From the NCBI GenBank assembly GCA_051942245.1, contig JAVECL010000066.1, forward strand, positions 1 through 63,886: DNA of 63,886 nt, in the 5' to 3' direction. A program made the translations under genes and the position numbers. Every line of letters starts with the position of its first letter. Position 1 is the first letter of the stretch. The notes below the pieces were generated by a model. That model was not told where the DNA came from, made no database searches, and was given only the letters and a program-made list of their open reading frames with translations. This document shows positions 27,083-38,794 of this stretch, piece by piece. Origin of the DNA: Trypethelium eluteriae (lineage: Eukaryota).

Positions 27083-28064
27083 ATGAAGTCTCTCTTCCTT
27101 ACCATACTCCCTGTGGTCTCCGGTGCCGTGGTTCCTCGTCAAAACTATTTCAGTTTTGGGAACTCCTTCTCGACCGGCGCGGTTGCGGCCGACTCATGGA
27201 TTCGGCAGGCTACCACAACGCTCGTTCTGCCAGCGCTCAACAGTCCCCACACTGGAAACCTTGGCTTATGGCCTGGCATGGGCACCAAGTTTGACTCGGG
27301 AGCAGATGGCCAACTCGTCCAGGGCCTTGCCATCTCCACCGTCGGTGTCGGGTGAGCCCAAATTATCATACGAGTCCTCCGGCTTTAAAATTAACATGAA
27401 CAGGTCTCCATGCAATTTCGCCGCGTCCGATGTCAAGTGGTGCGTTGTTGCAAGCACATACGATGGTACAGTCCTCCCCTACTCTTTTCTCTTTTTCTCG
27501 AGCGCTTACAGATCTCTCTCGCCTCTAGGAAACCAACATGACGGCACTCCGTACAGGGCGAACCCAGGCGATCACGTCACGTACGACTGTAAGTTCTGCT
27601 GAAAATTACCGTGAGGATAGTCCATTGCATTGCTTACGCCTCAGCAGATAAATATAATGATGCCACCTCCCAATTCGACCAGACCGTCTCGGTAAATGGC
27701 GCTAAAGTGTCGACCCTGTCAACAAGTACGATATCTTGCTCGGGCTACCGTATATATGCTAACTTTTCACAGCGAGCGGCCATGGTGCAGGTTGGGGTAC
27801 AGGTTAGTTGGATCGCCCAAGCATCTTTTTTGAGAGTGCATCCGCTAATCATCTTTTGCAACAGCGATGGAGTGCCAGCAGGCGAAATGCGGAACCGTCC
27901 CGCAGCATCAGTACCTCAACACGACGATAATCATGAACACACCTGATCCAAACTACTCGCGCACCCTGGCGCTCAACGGTGCTTCGGGCAATTTGGTCAC
28001 CGCGGATGGCGGAAAGACCTGGACCGTGGCTGACATCACCATCCAGCAGTATACCTATACTTAA
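27083..28064 (+). CDS. Secreted beta-rich protein, possibly concanavalin-A/peptidase G1-like fold
   Basis: Signal peptide plus VVPRQ pro-site, about 5 short GT-AG introns, motifs LWPGMGT, LVQGL, WCVVAS, GWGTAMECQ, TADGGKTWTV. The fold is an inference. Confidence 0.7.
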
Positions 28065-28586
28065 ACAAACTCGATTGAGCATGCAGAAGTTGGGGGATGT
28101 ATGGACTTTTCTTATGGAGAAATTTTCTCAAGGCACCTTGGTTGGCTAAGTGTGCAAAGTTCCTCGTGTAGGGCTGTATATAGCAGGAGATTATGTAAAT
28201 ACTATCTTTGAGTCTTCGACTGTCTGAAGTGTTCCTACTTAATGTCGACTTATCTCAAATCGTCGTCATGTCTAGTGCGATATTAGACGCGAATTTGATG
28301 TTCACTTCTCAATACAGAATACTCCGAAGTAAGATATCAGAGAGAAACAACAGATGAGACCCGAGAATTAGAGAGTGTGGGTCACCGTGACACAGAGTCG
28401 CGCATAGAATCGACCAGTGAGAAGAAGCTGATAGAAACCTAGTGACATGAATACATTGAAATGGTCGCTCGGTCCCTCTGAAGCTCATGGAAAAGAATTT
28501 TTTACGGATTCGTTACAAAGACAACCACGACAGTGTTCCATTAATCACAGATACAAAAGGTCGCTCTTCCAGTTGACACGCACACT

Positions 28587-30404
28587 TCAAGTTTTCACTT
28601 CGCTGGACAGCACATTGAGAGAATGCCGAAGAACATCGTATGAGAAGTTCCACTCGTGAAACTCATGAGGATTTTCTGCACAATCGTATATATCAGCATT
28701 CTTATTGTGGATGTTTGCGCCTATGCATAAATATGACTTACTGGGCACTGGTCCATCCACATATTTTTGTGCTTCATCCTGTATTTCCCCCGCCCGATCT
28801 TGCCCAGCATTTGAGAATATCTGCATGGCGGCGGCTCTGTTCTTTCGTAGTTCTTGAAAAAGATGGAGGCGGGCAGGTATCTCTTCGACACTGCCCAATT
28901 TGGAGAGGAGAGCACCCAACGCGGCGCCGTCTTCGATGGCCTGAGCACCCCCCTGGCCTTGATCTTCACTTCAATTAGAATCGTCGGAGAGATTTCGACA
29001 GTCCAACTTACGTGGCAGCATAGGATGAGCTGCATCGCCGATGAGAACGAGCCTACCCTTGACCCATCTGGAGATTGGTGGCCTATACAGAAGCTTCCAA
29101 AGTTTTATCTCATCTGCGTTCCTTTGCAGAGGCAGAGTTAGGGCAGATATTGATGCTGAGATCTTCTTGCAGGCTCACCGGCACATAGCACGCAATCCCG
29201 GGTTAAAAGATTTGTAGACATTCAGTAAGTCCTCTAATCGAGCGTCCGCAGTGAAGTCTGTTGGGGCAATATCAGAATACGTTGGCGAAACAATAAATTC
29301 GCGGAACAAGAGCCACTCGCCTTCAGAATCAGTCGCCGTTTGATCGTCAGGATGTATTCCTACAAAGTTAAAGATTTCTCCTCTAATACATGTTCAGTAT
29401 TTCCCCAACTTAAAGTAACTTGACAGGATAGGACCTCACGCTCGGCAAGGGTACCACACCAGTCTACGGTCTGGAGCATTTGCCACGTAGATTCCGTCTG
29501 GTCTACTTGCAATTTGTTGGTGCGCCTCCGGATCCTGCATAAGTTTTTCAGTAGAAATCAGGAAGCGAAAAGCAGATTGGCCAGTCGGACGAGCTGGAGT
29601 GTCGCTTCCGATCACTTTTCCGGTGAGAAAAGACTTTAGGTGCATTAGTATACAGCTTCCGAGAGATACGGAGACATACGTGAATGCCATCTGCGGCAAC
29701 AATGAGGTCCTTCTTATATTTGGACCCATCTTTAAGTGTCAATTCCGCCGTATCGACGTCCACATCGATAATGTCCGACGACAGGCTGATTTGGACCGGC
29801 TCGGTCTGCCCATTGGGTTCTTCGGCGAGTCGGCGGAGTTCAGTATGTAAGTCAACTCGGTGCAAAAAGTAATAGTCCGCTCCGAATTTCTCGGGAAAGC
29901 CTTTGATATCGTTTGCCATGATTGTCTCCAAGGTATCGCCTTTCATGAATTCAGACTGAAGAAACGATCAGTACTAAGGTAGCATGATGCGTGAACGAAG
30001 AGACTCACCCTCTTTGTGATAACACCTTTCGAGCGTCTGAAGTCAAACCCATAGTAATTAAGGATACGCGTAGCGTTCGGGCATGAATTGATGGCTGCAC
30101 CGACTTCGTCTTTAAACCTTTGTTCCGTTCATAAGTCTCAATTTGAAATTTTGGAACGGCTCACTCGCTTCACTACCTCGAGCGTTCGAAGATCTTCAGA
30201 GTACTATCAGCTGGCACGTCCATCTTGCTTGCATTTGTTTGGCCAAACCTGAACCTTGTGTCCACTACGGCGCAGGGCTACGGCAGCCCCTAGGCCCGCG
30301 ATTCCAGCGCCAATGATTCCTACATTTATGCTTCTGTTGTTAAGGTCCGGCTCGAAAGCGTCTGCTGCAATCGGTCCAGCAAACGCGCGAGTTGACTCAG
30401 TCAT
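28587..30404 (-). CDS. FAD-dependent monooxygenase (salicylate hydroxylase/paxM family)
   Basis: [48 protein letters not shown], across multiple GT-AG introns. Confidence 0.92.
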
Positions 30405-31447
30405 GACGAAAGAAATATACAGAAGATAGCGATGGAAACACCTTGAATTACAGCTGATACTTAACGTCAAAGGCGAGAGGATGAGTGGCTCTTCCTATAA
30501 ATATCGTCCCAGAGGGATCAGGCTGAGTCCATGGCTGACTGGATAGGTCGTCCTCTGCGTATGCTGTCAACGGCATCTCTCGGTTGGGAAAGCCCAGTCC
30601 AAGTGAGAGATACCCGCAGGGGCCTTGGCAAATCAAATTTGCTGTATTTCGGATCCTTCCCTTGTCAGGTAATGGTTCGGTCTGACGTGGAAAAAGGCAC
30701 TAATGCACGTCGTAGAAACCAAACAGTGGTCAGAGGTCATCTGTACCCTAAGGAGCACACCAATTCTTGGTGGGAAGCACACCTCCAAAAACCTCAATAC
30801 AAGTCCCTTGTACAGATTTCCTTTTAGAGGACATTTTGAAGCGAAAAACTGCTTGATCTTACTCGGAAAGGAAATAAGTTCTTTATATCCTAAGAGTAGC
30901 TTTTTTTTTTCTGAAATGGTATCTCAATCTAAGGAATTATCGAGACGTATCGACATACATATTATGGGAAAAGGAAATCCTAGGCTAGTGTCTATATAGG
31001 TTAAAGTATTGCTGATTAAAGTTTAGCTTGATGTGCTCTCTTCAGAAGATGGGTGTGCTCCTTATGGATGACCGTGGTAAGATACCGCACATCTTCTTTT
31101 ATGCCATTCCCATAGCTGAGTCTGCTTTGCCAATTCTGATGACATCTTCACTAACTGTAAACCACACTCTCTTCAGCATGGACAGACAGATCGAGGAAAA
31201 TCTAGTCAGAAAATGATCACAGAGTGATTGTTCCTTCGGTACAACACCAAGACCGACAACGAAGCTGGCCACTGCGTTACCTCTAAGCCTTTGCAAATCT
31301 TACTATAGCGCTAAAGTGGTATGACGTAAAACATCAAAGAGCAACGGAGGGGGCGGTACACCAAGCATACTGTTGATCAGTATGAAGAGCAAAAGCACTC
31401 CGTCAATCAGTGCTCATTCTCCTTTTGCACTGTGATCTAGGATAATT

Positions 31448-32430
31448 CTAAGTCTTTTTCACAAGGTATCCCAATAGATATGGAATACTGTTCCATGGCT
31501 CAGGAATCAGCAAATGAACTTTCTGCCAACCGTCGCTGCTGCCTGGAGCATTCAACAGTATCCGTTTGGTATCTCTATCAATATTACATCCGCCAATCCA
31601 AAAGCTCCACCCGAGCACCTTGTAAACCTTCTGTAATGCCCATGGCACAATCCAACCGCCCTTTTCTGGCCAAGGATTCTTGACGTGTTCCGCAACAATG
31701 AGCGTTCCCCCCGGCTTCAACAATTTGTACAATCCGTCGACCGTTTCTTGAACATTCGTTACGCCACAGAGTACTCGTAGGCAGACAATGTAATCGAACA
31801 GTCCATTTCCTACTCCTTCCTGCAACAAGCCGGCCTTGGCCAAGGCGGGAACTAGAGTTTCCTTTTCAGCGCCACATGCCAGAATTTTGTACTTTCCTTC
31901 CAAACCATTGGTTATTGTGTTCTTACGTAACTGATCATGTAAGGCGATCTCGGGCTCGGCGCCATAGATAGTGGTAGTTTTGGCGAGTCTCATCGTGTAT
32001 AATTGGGTTCCAGATCCAGGACCCACATCCAAGACTGTTCCAGACACTGACGAGAGGAGGGAAGGTATGGGCTGAGGAAGCTCTGCTGAAAGCATGTCCG
32101 CTGTAGACTGGTGAGCTGCTGTACTAATTGTCTTTGAAAATTTGGGGTCGAACTATAGGTAAGCCATAGCCTTGAAAAAGCTTTGCTCCTAAGCTTTGCA
32201 ATATCAAGCAGACTCCATGGATCTCTCTCGAGGAAGATTGTGTCAAAGACTGCTAGTATAAATTCTGCATCGGAAGTCAACCCTCCAGCCCTTTCCGTAC
32301 GTTGTAATTGGCCAGGGTTATCAGAGCTGCTCACGATAGATAGCCAAACACAATATGTGTGCTGGATGAAGCCAGCTCTCGGCAAGATCTTGTATCCTAG
32401 GCGCAGTGTCTGCCATATTCCGTATGTCAT
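31448..32430 (-). CDS. SAM-dependent methyltransferase (METTL7-like)
   Basis: LRSKAFSRLW exon spliced to GTVLDVGPGSG, IYGAEP, FDYIVCLRVLCGV, LLKPGG.LIVAEHV, GCNIDRDT. The 5' exon structure is less certain. Confidence 0.85.
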
Positions 32431-32883
32431 TTCTTTAAGCTGAACATGAGCTTTGAGTCCGAGGACTGATCGGGCGTTGGTCCGTCAAGCCTGCTTCTGT
32501 AAAGGTTATATTGAGAGCGGGGATGTCATCCCTGAACGGTGCCTTTCGCCTCTCCGAAGAAGGCTGGCCATCCTAGGCACGATTGCGTGCAAATTCAAGA
32601 CCCATCCGACCAGGAAAATTGTACAATAGCAAATATTGCTGCACTTGATCTCGAATGCCGCCGAGTGTAATGGATTCTCTCCCAAAGCATCTCGGAGATT
32701 CCATGCCAGGAGCTCCGAGCCACCCATGACGTAGTTCGCATTGGACAAAGTGGCACAGGTAACGATTCCCTGAAGCTGCTGGAACTGATTATAGGAGGCT
32801 TCCTGACCTTGTATATTCTATGAAGAGAACTACTTTGTCACATTCAGTTCAACAACGCGAGCAACAAACTTGGCATCCGGAAG

Positions 32884-33579
32884 ATGGCCTTGCTCGCCCT
32901 ACCTTCTGAACTCCGAATTCAAATCTATCACCTCGTCTTGTCTCCTGCAGACTTCGCCACGGCCTTCTCTCCTGATCCCGCCAATGACATCCCTATTCCC
33001 ATACCCGCCGCCCACGAACCTCCGCTCCTCCGCGTTTCCCGCCAAATCCGCATTGAAGCTCTGCCTATCTTCCTTTCACTCCACACCTTCCACTCACGAA
33101 CCTTCGTGCCTCTGCCCTACGCGCACGCTGTCCCAAAGCTCCATAAGGGGAAGCGGCATGCGGGAAATATGTTTGGGCGATGGTTACGTGAGATTGGTGG
33201 CACAGAGAATGCGAAGTGGATGGGACGCGTGCTGATTACGATTATGCAGTATCTGGCGGCGGAGGTAGTACTAGAGATTCCGGGACCAGGAGAAACGGGG
33301 AGGAGGGACTGGCCAATGGGGGAGGTGAAGATTGAGGCGGCTTACGATCAGGTCTACAAGGTGCCTAGAGGGGACGTGAGCCAAGACGGAAACGGAGAGA
33401 CATATGGGAAGAGGGATGAGGAGATGGCGAGGATGGCGAGGATGGCGGTGGATGTATTGAATAAAAGTCGGGAGGCAGGAAGAATCGCCATAGTCGTGGA
33501 AGATGTACCGAGGTTTGTGGAAAGCGTATATTGGGTCGTAGATGCGGCTGGATGGGCGGAATGGGGGCAGAAGTCTTAG
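32884..33579 (+). CDS. Hypothetical protein with N-terminal F-box-like motif
   Basis: LLALPSELRIQIYHLVL...PPLLRVSRQIRIEALPIF is the common fungal F-box-like/2EXR-type start. Intronless, 231 aa. Confidence 0.7.
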   Translation: MALLALPSELRIQIYHLVLSPADFATAFSPDPANDIPIPIPAAHEPPLLRVSRQIRIEALPIFLSLHTFHSRTFVPLPYAHAVPKLHKGKRHAGNMFGRWLREIGGTENAKWMGRVLITIMQYLAAEVVLEIPGPGETGRRDWPMGEVKIEAAYDQVYKVPRGDVSQDGNGETYGKRDEEMARMARMAVDVLNKSREAGRIAIVVEDVPRFVESVYWVVDAAGWAEWGQKS

Positions 33580-34033
33580 CTATTAATTGGGCAAGACCAA
33601 AGCAGCACTGTGAATTTGCAAAGTCTTGTTAGACTGTGATGTAGGTGGGCATCTCAACTGGTGACAAGATTACTGCTACCGCGAGAGCAGTCCTATATTG
33701 AACAGGACCAAGAGGGAGAAATAAACGGTAATTGACTCGACTGCCAGATAAACAGGTGCCCCAGGCTTCAGAGATCGGCTTACGTTTGCGGCCACTGATT
33801 GGTGGTCTGAAGACCACCGTATCACTGCCCAGTAACTACCTAAAGTAGCGTCGGAGGCTACACATAAAACATCCAGGCACAGATAATCCGTACATTTTAC
33901 AGTACAGCCTGCACCGCCTTCGCCGCCTTCGCCGCAGACCCTTCTTCTGTGAGCAGCATCTTTCATCAGATTTTCGGTCCGTGATCTCATTTCCCGGTTC
34001 CAAAAAGCTCGAGATGCTTCTGCCTGCTCTGCT

Positions 34034-37000
34034 ATGGCGATAGTCAATCTGGATTTCTCGCTGTTCCGCAGTAGAAAGATCAAAGACATTATAACATATT
34101 TAAATGGACTCCGACAAAAGAATTCAGATGCGGCGATTTGTCAAGCTCTCCTAGAAGCAGTGGATCAAGAGTATCTGCAGCCGACTGTCTTCAGCATCTT
34201 CCTTCCCTGGGCTAAATCCGACGAGGTTATCGTACTTTGCATTCAACAATGCTTGTCACGAAGCGTTCGCAAGCAAGGAATCAAGCACTTTGGGATAGCT
34301 TTGATCGATTCGACAAAGTGGGTGTTCGCATGGAGGGCGATCGGTGGAACGAGAGGCCTTGTCGATCTCTTTGCAAAGCTCTCCGTTGCAGAGGTGAAGG
34401 CTCTTGCAGCGGCATTGGGGCGCTGTAATCGCGGTCAGAGAGGAGTACAAGCTCGAGAAAAAGCCGTCGAGGAACTACTACGTGCACTACTTCCGACACA
34501 CTACCCCGGATCTGGGCTGAAATGTCAAGACAGACGTCCCATTCAGGCGCACTACGCTCAGATGATACCAGCTTGTTCAGCAGGGTTTATTGATCAGTTG
34601 CTCAACGCCAAAGACCAATCAAATGCATTGTATCAGCATCTCCCCTACATACGCTTAATTAAGACTCATTCCGAGCTTTTGCGAAGGCGTCTCACAACGA
34701 GCATCTTCCACGGCGCCAACAGAAGTGACTTCACTAATCAATTGTTTGGCGCATTTGCGTATAGCCAACCTCCTAGACCTGCTTCACAAGGTTCAGGAAT
34801 CTCAGAGTCTATGGCCTTCGCGTTGAAAGTATTGCAGCATCGATTAGATAGCAACAACGCCAAAGATTGGCCGGCTTCGATATCTGAAGTTGACATATGG
34901 TCTTCTCTCCTTCATCGTTCTCGTAAAAGAAAACTGTCGGAGGCGAAGATTCATAGTGTCTTCATGCTAGGCTTACAGCTTTTGGAGGTTAAGCCAGGAC
35001 TTAAGGTGAAATTCCGATCAACTGGCATCTGGTCAGAGTTGATGACTCGTTGGATCAGGGCACCAGAGATATATGAGGATTTGCTCGCGCTTGCCCTGCA
35101 TTTGGGACTTGGCGGTTCACAGGAGGCGATCGGCCAAGAGTTCATGCGAGCGTTGGGGTATCTGAAACAAAAGCCCAAGTTGCGATGGCCGCTACTTCGA
35201 CTCCATTGCCTCCATATCCCAAAAATAGGTGTCGACATTGACACGGTCGAAGATTTCAAACTACTTTCACATCAACCATGGGCCTGTGACGTCTTTTACC
35301 AGCTGAATGAAGACCAAGCAGTCCGATTACTCAAGGGTCTTTACGAAGTAAATCCGGAATACAGCTTTTTGCAGCGACCAGGACGAAGGTCGATTCTTTC
35401 AATAGAGGACATTAAATCTCAACGGAACTTCAATGCAGCCTTACTCCTCACTATACTCCGGCGCAAAAGTGAAGAAATGCAAAGGAGCGTCAAAAGCACC
35501 GTCGATGAGCTCCGGAAAAAAGCTGCTACTGCAAGGGAGCAAACGGATAGAGCACAGTTTGCTAAAGCAGCCGCTGCTTATGCTATTGCGAGTGGTAACC
35601 TAGACTTGTGCAAGGAAACCGTAACCTGGCAAAAGCGATACATTCGAGATCCCCTTACCGTGAAAGCCATCTTCGCGCGAGATGCAACTATGACGACTGA
35701 AGGGATTGAGCTACTGTCCGCCATACCACAGCGATTGCCGGATAACGTGCGATTGGCTGAAATCGCAGCGAACGTCAAGAAGGCAGATGAGATTCTCATG
35801 GAGTTCCATGGCATGATGAGTTTGGCGAAGCGGGAACCTTCCTTTTACCAACCTGATTGGAATGGAGTTACGTCCTTGTTCGGCGCAGCCATCAACCAAC
35901 GCGTCGACCGCGCTAAGGAAATTCAGAAGCAACTGCAGAGCTCAGAAGCTGACATCTACGCTGCAATTTGGAGTGGAACCTTAGAAATGGTAGAGAAAGT
36001 GGGAGTTGACTTCCTTAGAGAGGTCCATAGGCCTATTAGAGCTCTCCTGAGAACACTTCCTCCGACCGCCCTTGCTGCTTCTACCGCGGCCATGCTTGAA
36101 GCTGGGAATGAACGGCGCAAGAAGATGGATCATCAGCCGGAACATGACGACCTGGAATTACTGTCGTATGAATGTCTACTTCACCTCTCCGCAAGCGACA
36201 AACCTGAGCTAGCGCAGAAGCTCATTCTTCAGACTATACTGGATCGGCCAGGTGCAAGTTCCTGGCATAGACAGTTCCTATCGATCAAATTCATGAAATC
36301 CCTCCCTGCTAAAGAAGCGCATGAAATGCTGCTTGCCTTTGCAGCTGCCATTGGAGAGAAGCTAGAGGAGCAATCATACGTAAAGGTTGGCGAGGTGGAA
36401 CCCTCCAAATCCATACCACCTCAATCTCTGGTCAAAGTGACAACTGTCAAGTATTTGGCACAACTGTTAGACAATGCGGAGTTCATTTCGGCAGATGCAG
36501 CGATAGAAGTACTCTTGGAGCTATTCAAAGCGGGGACACATAGAGACATCCGTCTTGCGACACTTGATAGTCTACTGAGTCTGCTCGATAGCCTGGTCAG
36601 CAGTCAGGAGGATGCTTGGGAATCCAATGCTCTAGTCACAAAGATTATGGCCGCACTGGAAACCATTATACCCATTGCCGGGAGCATCAATGAGCGCCTC
36701 CCGATGCGTCCAGAGGACTGGGAGGAGGCCAAGGAAACAGGGACATTACCGGAGATTGCCGACATTTCCTCTGGGCTACCCCCTTTGCTTAACGCTATGC
36801 TCACAGCTCCTCATGAACAGAAGTACCCGGCGATAAGGAAATTACAGCCTGACTTTGCGGCCCGATATCTCTTACCGATTCTCAGGCTCTCACAAACAGA
36901 GCACAGGAAATGGATTGCTTTGTTTCTGGCCAAGCACAAAGCGGACTTGGCCATAGATGATCTCCCTTTGACGCCTATCAGCACTCAATTATGGGACGAA

Positions 37001-38059
37001 GTCGTTGCCAGATATGCTTCTTACATACCCAAAACAGTGTTTGAAGACTTCAACAGACATATTGTCTTGACCATCACCTCGCCTGCCAATCTACAGACCT
37101 TTAATGAGTCGCTCCGAAAGAATGTCAATCTCCGAAATACCCCGGAAGTGCAGCATTGGCTGTCCGTCTTCGGTCAAGAAATGGACCAATACTTCGGCTC
37201 TAGTACACAGAGGATAGTCTCGATGATCCATCATGATATGCCGCATCCCTCCATAAGCAACGCCATCACCTTTGATGGGCTGCTCGATTTAGTGAGCGAA
37301 CATACGTCTCTATTTCTACAGGAATTCGAGCGCTTTGTAGATATCTGGGACGATTTTGTACGCGATCTCCGCCCGCCAAGTAAGACCGCTTATCCCCTCG
37401 CAAGCGTTGAGTCGATTCGTTCTATGTACCGGAAATGGCGGGAAAGTGGTCGAGTTGCACTTGAAAAAGTTCTCTCAATACTTGCTCGCATCAGGGACAG
37501 GCATGAGGGCGAAGACATACGTCGCATCCTTCCGTCGACTACGAAGCTTCAGCTCTGGCTTCTCCCGTATCCACGTTTCTCTGATACGCAACGGGCGGAC
37601 GAAGAGTGGAAAATTTTTGTTAAAGAACTGGAAAATTTGCACCTCGATTTACTCATGGAAAATACCCTCCGCTGGCCGCAGATTGCCGAGGATACGTATG
37701 CCATCTCTGAGTTTCTCGATACAGATGCAGAGCGCCTGCGAATGGCGTCCTGCATTGGAGAGCAGGCCCTACGCCCGAAGCATGACGCGGCTGACCCGCT
37801 GTCGTCAGCTCTGATTCTCGTCCGAGTTGCACTCGTGATGAAACTCATTGAAGATGGCAAAAACGGCCTTAAAACTTCGAAGGGCTCGTTGTCAGAAGAG
37901 GCAAGAGTCATCATCCAAAGTCTCCAGGAGGTAATGACGGGATTGCAGGGTAGTCCCAATGGATTCATTCGTGAGAATACGGCAGCTTGGAAGAAGGAAC
38001 ATAAGAGCCTTTGGAACGATTTGATGCGTGCTAAGCGGACGTTGGTGCTTGCTCAATAA
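34034..38059 (+). CDS. Large uncharacterised alpha-helical protein, 1341 aa, intronless
   Basis: 4-kb uninterrupted ORF with Leu/Ala/Glu-rich helical composition. No catalytic motif recognised. Confidence 0.85.
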   Translation: MAIVNLDFSLFRSRKIKDIITYLNGLRQKNSDAAICQALLEAVDQEYLQPTVFSIFLPWAKSDEVIVLCIQQCLSRSVRKQGIKHFGIALIDSTKWVFAWRAIGGTRGLVDLFAKLSVAEVKALAAALGRCNRGQRGVQAREKAVEELLRALLPTHYPGSGLKCQDRRPIQAHYAQMIPACSAGFIDQLLNAKDQSNALYQHLPYIRLIKTHSELLRRRLTTSIFHGANRSDFTNQLFGAFAYSQPPRPASQGSGISESMAFALKVLQHRLDSNNAKDWPASISEVDIWSSLLHRSRKRKLSEAKIHSVFMLGLQLLEVKPGLKVKFRSTGIWSELMTRWIRAPEIYEDLLALALHLGLGGSQEAIGQEFMRALGYLKQKPKLRWPLLRLHCLHIPKIGVDIDTVEDFKLLSHQPWACDVFYQLNEDQAVRLLKGLYEVNPEYSFLQRPGRRSILSIEDIKSQRNFNAALLLTILRRKSEEMQRSVKSTVDELRKKAATAREQTDRAQFAKAAAAYAIASGNLDLCKETVTWQKRYIRDPLTVKAIFARDATMTTEGIELLSAIPQRLPDNVRLAEIAANVKKADEILMEFHGMMSLAKREPSFYQPDWNGVTSLFGAAINQRVDRAKEIQKQLQSSEADIYAAIWSGTLEMVEKVGVDFLREVHRPIRALLRTLPPTALAASTAAMLEAGNERRKKMDHQPEHDDLELLSYECLLHLSASDKPELAQKLILQTILDRPGASSWHRQFLSIKFMKSLPAKEAHEMLLAFAAAIGEKLEEQSYVKVGEVEPSKSIPPQSLVKVTTVKYLAQLLDNAEFISADAAIEVLLELFKAGTHRDIRLATLDSLLSLLDSLVSSQEDAWESNALVTKIMAALETIIPIAGSINERLPMRPEDWEEAKETGTLPEIADISSGLPPLLNAMLTAPHEQKYPAIRKLQPDFAARYLLPILRLSQTEHRKWIALFLAKHKADLAIDDLPLTPISTQLWDEVVARYASYIPKTVFEDFNRHIVLTITSPANLQTFNESLRKNVNLRNTPEVQHWLSVFGQEMDQYFGSSTQRIVSMIHHDMPHPSISNAITFDGLLDLVSEHTSLFLQEFERFVDIWDDFVRDLRPPSKTAYPLASVESIRSMYRKWRESGRVALEKVLSILARIRDRHEGEDIRRILPSTTKLQLWLLPYPRFSDTQRADEEWKIFVKELENLHLDLLMENTLRWPQIAEDTYAISEFLDTDAERLRMASCIGEQALRPKHDAADPLSSALILVRVALVMKLIEDGKNGLKTSKGSLSEEARVIIQSLQEVMTGLQGSPNGFIRENTAAWKKEHKSLWNDLMRAKRTLVLAQ

Positions 38060-38794
38060 TGGAGACGCGGATCATTGCTCAAGCTATCTGATCAGTTTTA
38101 GCATGATTGCTTTGATAAAAGCTCTGACGAGGCGGAATTGTTGGATGGATGCAAAATTACTACTTACTGTAGACTGTCTTGGGTAAGTAAGTGTGCCGGC
38201 ATGTAGATCGGACTGTCATCACACACTTTTTGCCTCCCCTTCCGTTATTTGGGATTGACCTCAAACCTCACATGGTCTCATTCACTTCCGCTGTTCAAAG
38301 TTTTCTTCCATACAATTTACAGAATTGCAGCAGAAAGCATTGAAGTACGGTGCAGAGCCGTCTTGCGGTCGAGGTTTGGCTCGCTTTCGGTAAGATCCCG
38401 ATCTTTAAGTTGTAAGTGCTATTTCTGTCGAAATGGAAATCACGAAAAACCAACGATATGCATGTTTTATTTTGTCCGCAAAAGTTCTTGGTTTTGTAGC
38501 ACCCCTCCGCTGCAAAAATTATGGCGTACCTCTTGACCATTGCTGTTGTTTCTGTTTTAGGATATACATGAGTTGACAGCTTAAACAACGTGGAGACCGG
38601 TCTTCCTGTGGGTGCAGACTGGGCCAAAACGAAAGCACCGGTCTCAAGCTCACACGAATGCAGCGGATCCCTACGAAAGTAGCGTTTGTAGTAATATCCG
38701 TACTTGAAGGCGGCTCGCCTGTTGATGCTGGCAATAAACTCCTCGGCCAAGGGACTGCAAAAGAGTAGAAAGGTAGCTCAGGAAATCAAGACAT

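Noticed and set aside
38295..38750. 151-aa minus-strand ORF directly after the CTP1 stop
   Set aside because: TTG start, lies in the CTP1 3' UTR zone, and shows only vague resemblance to a BTB tail.
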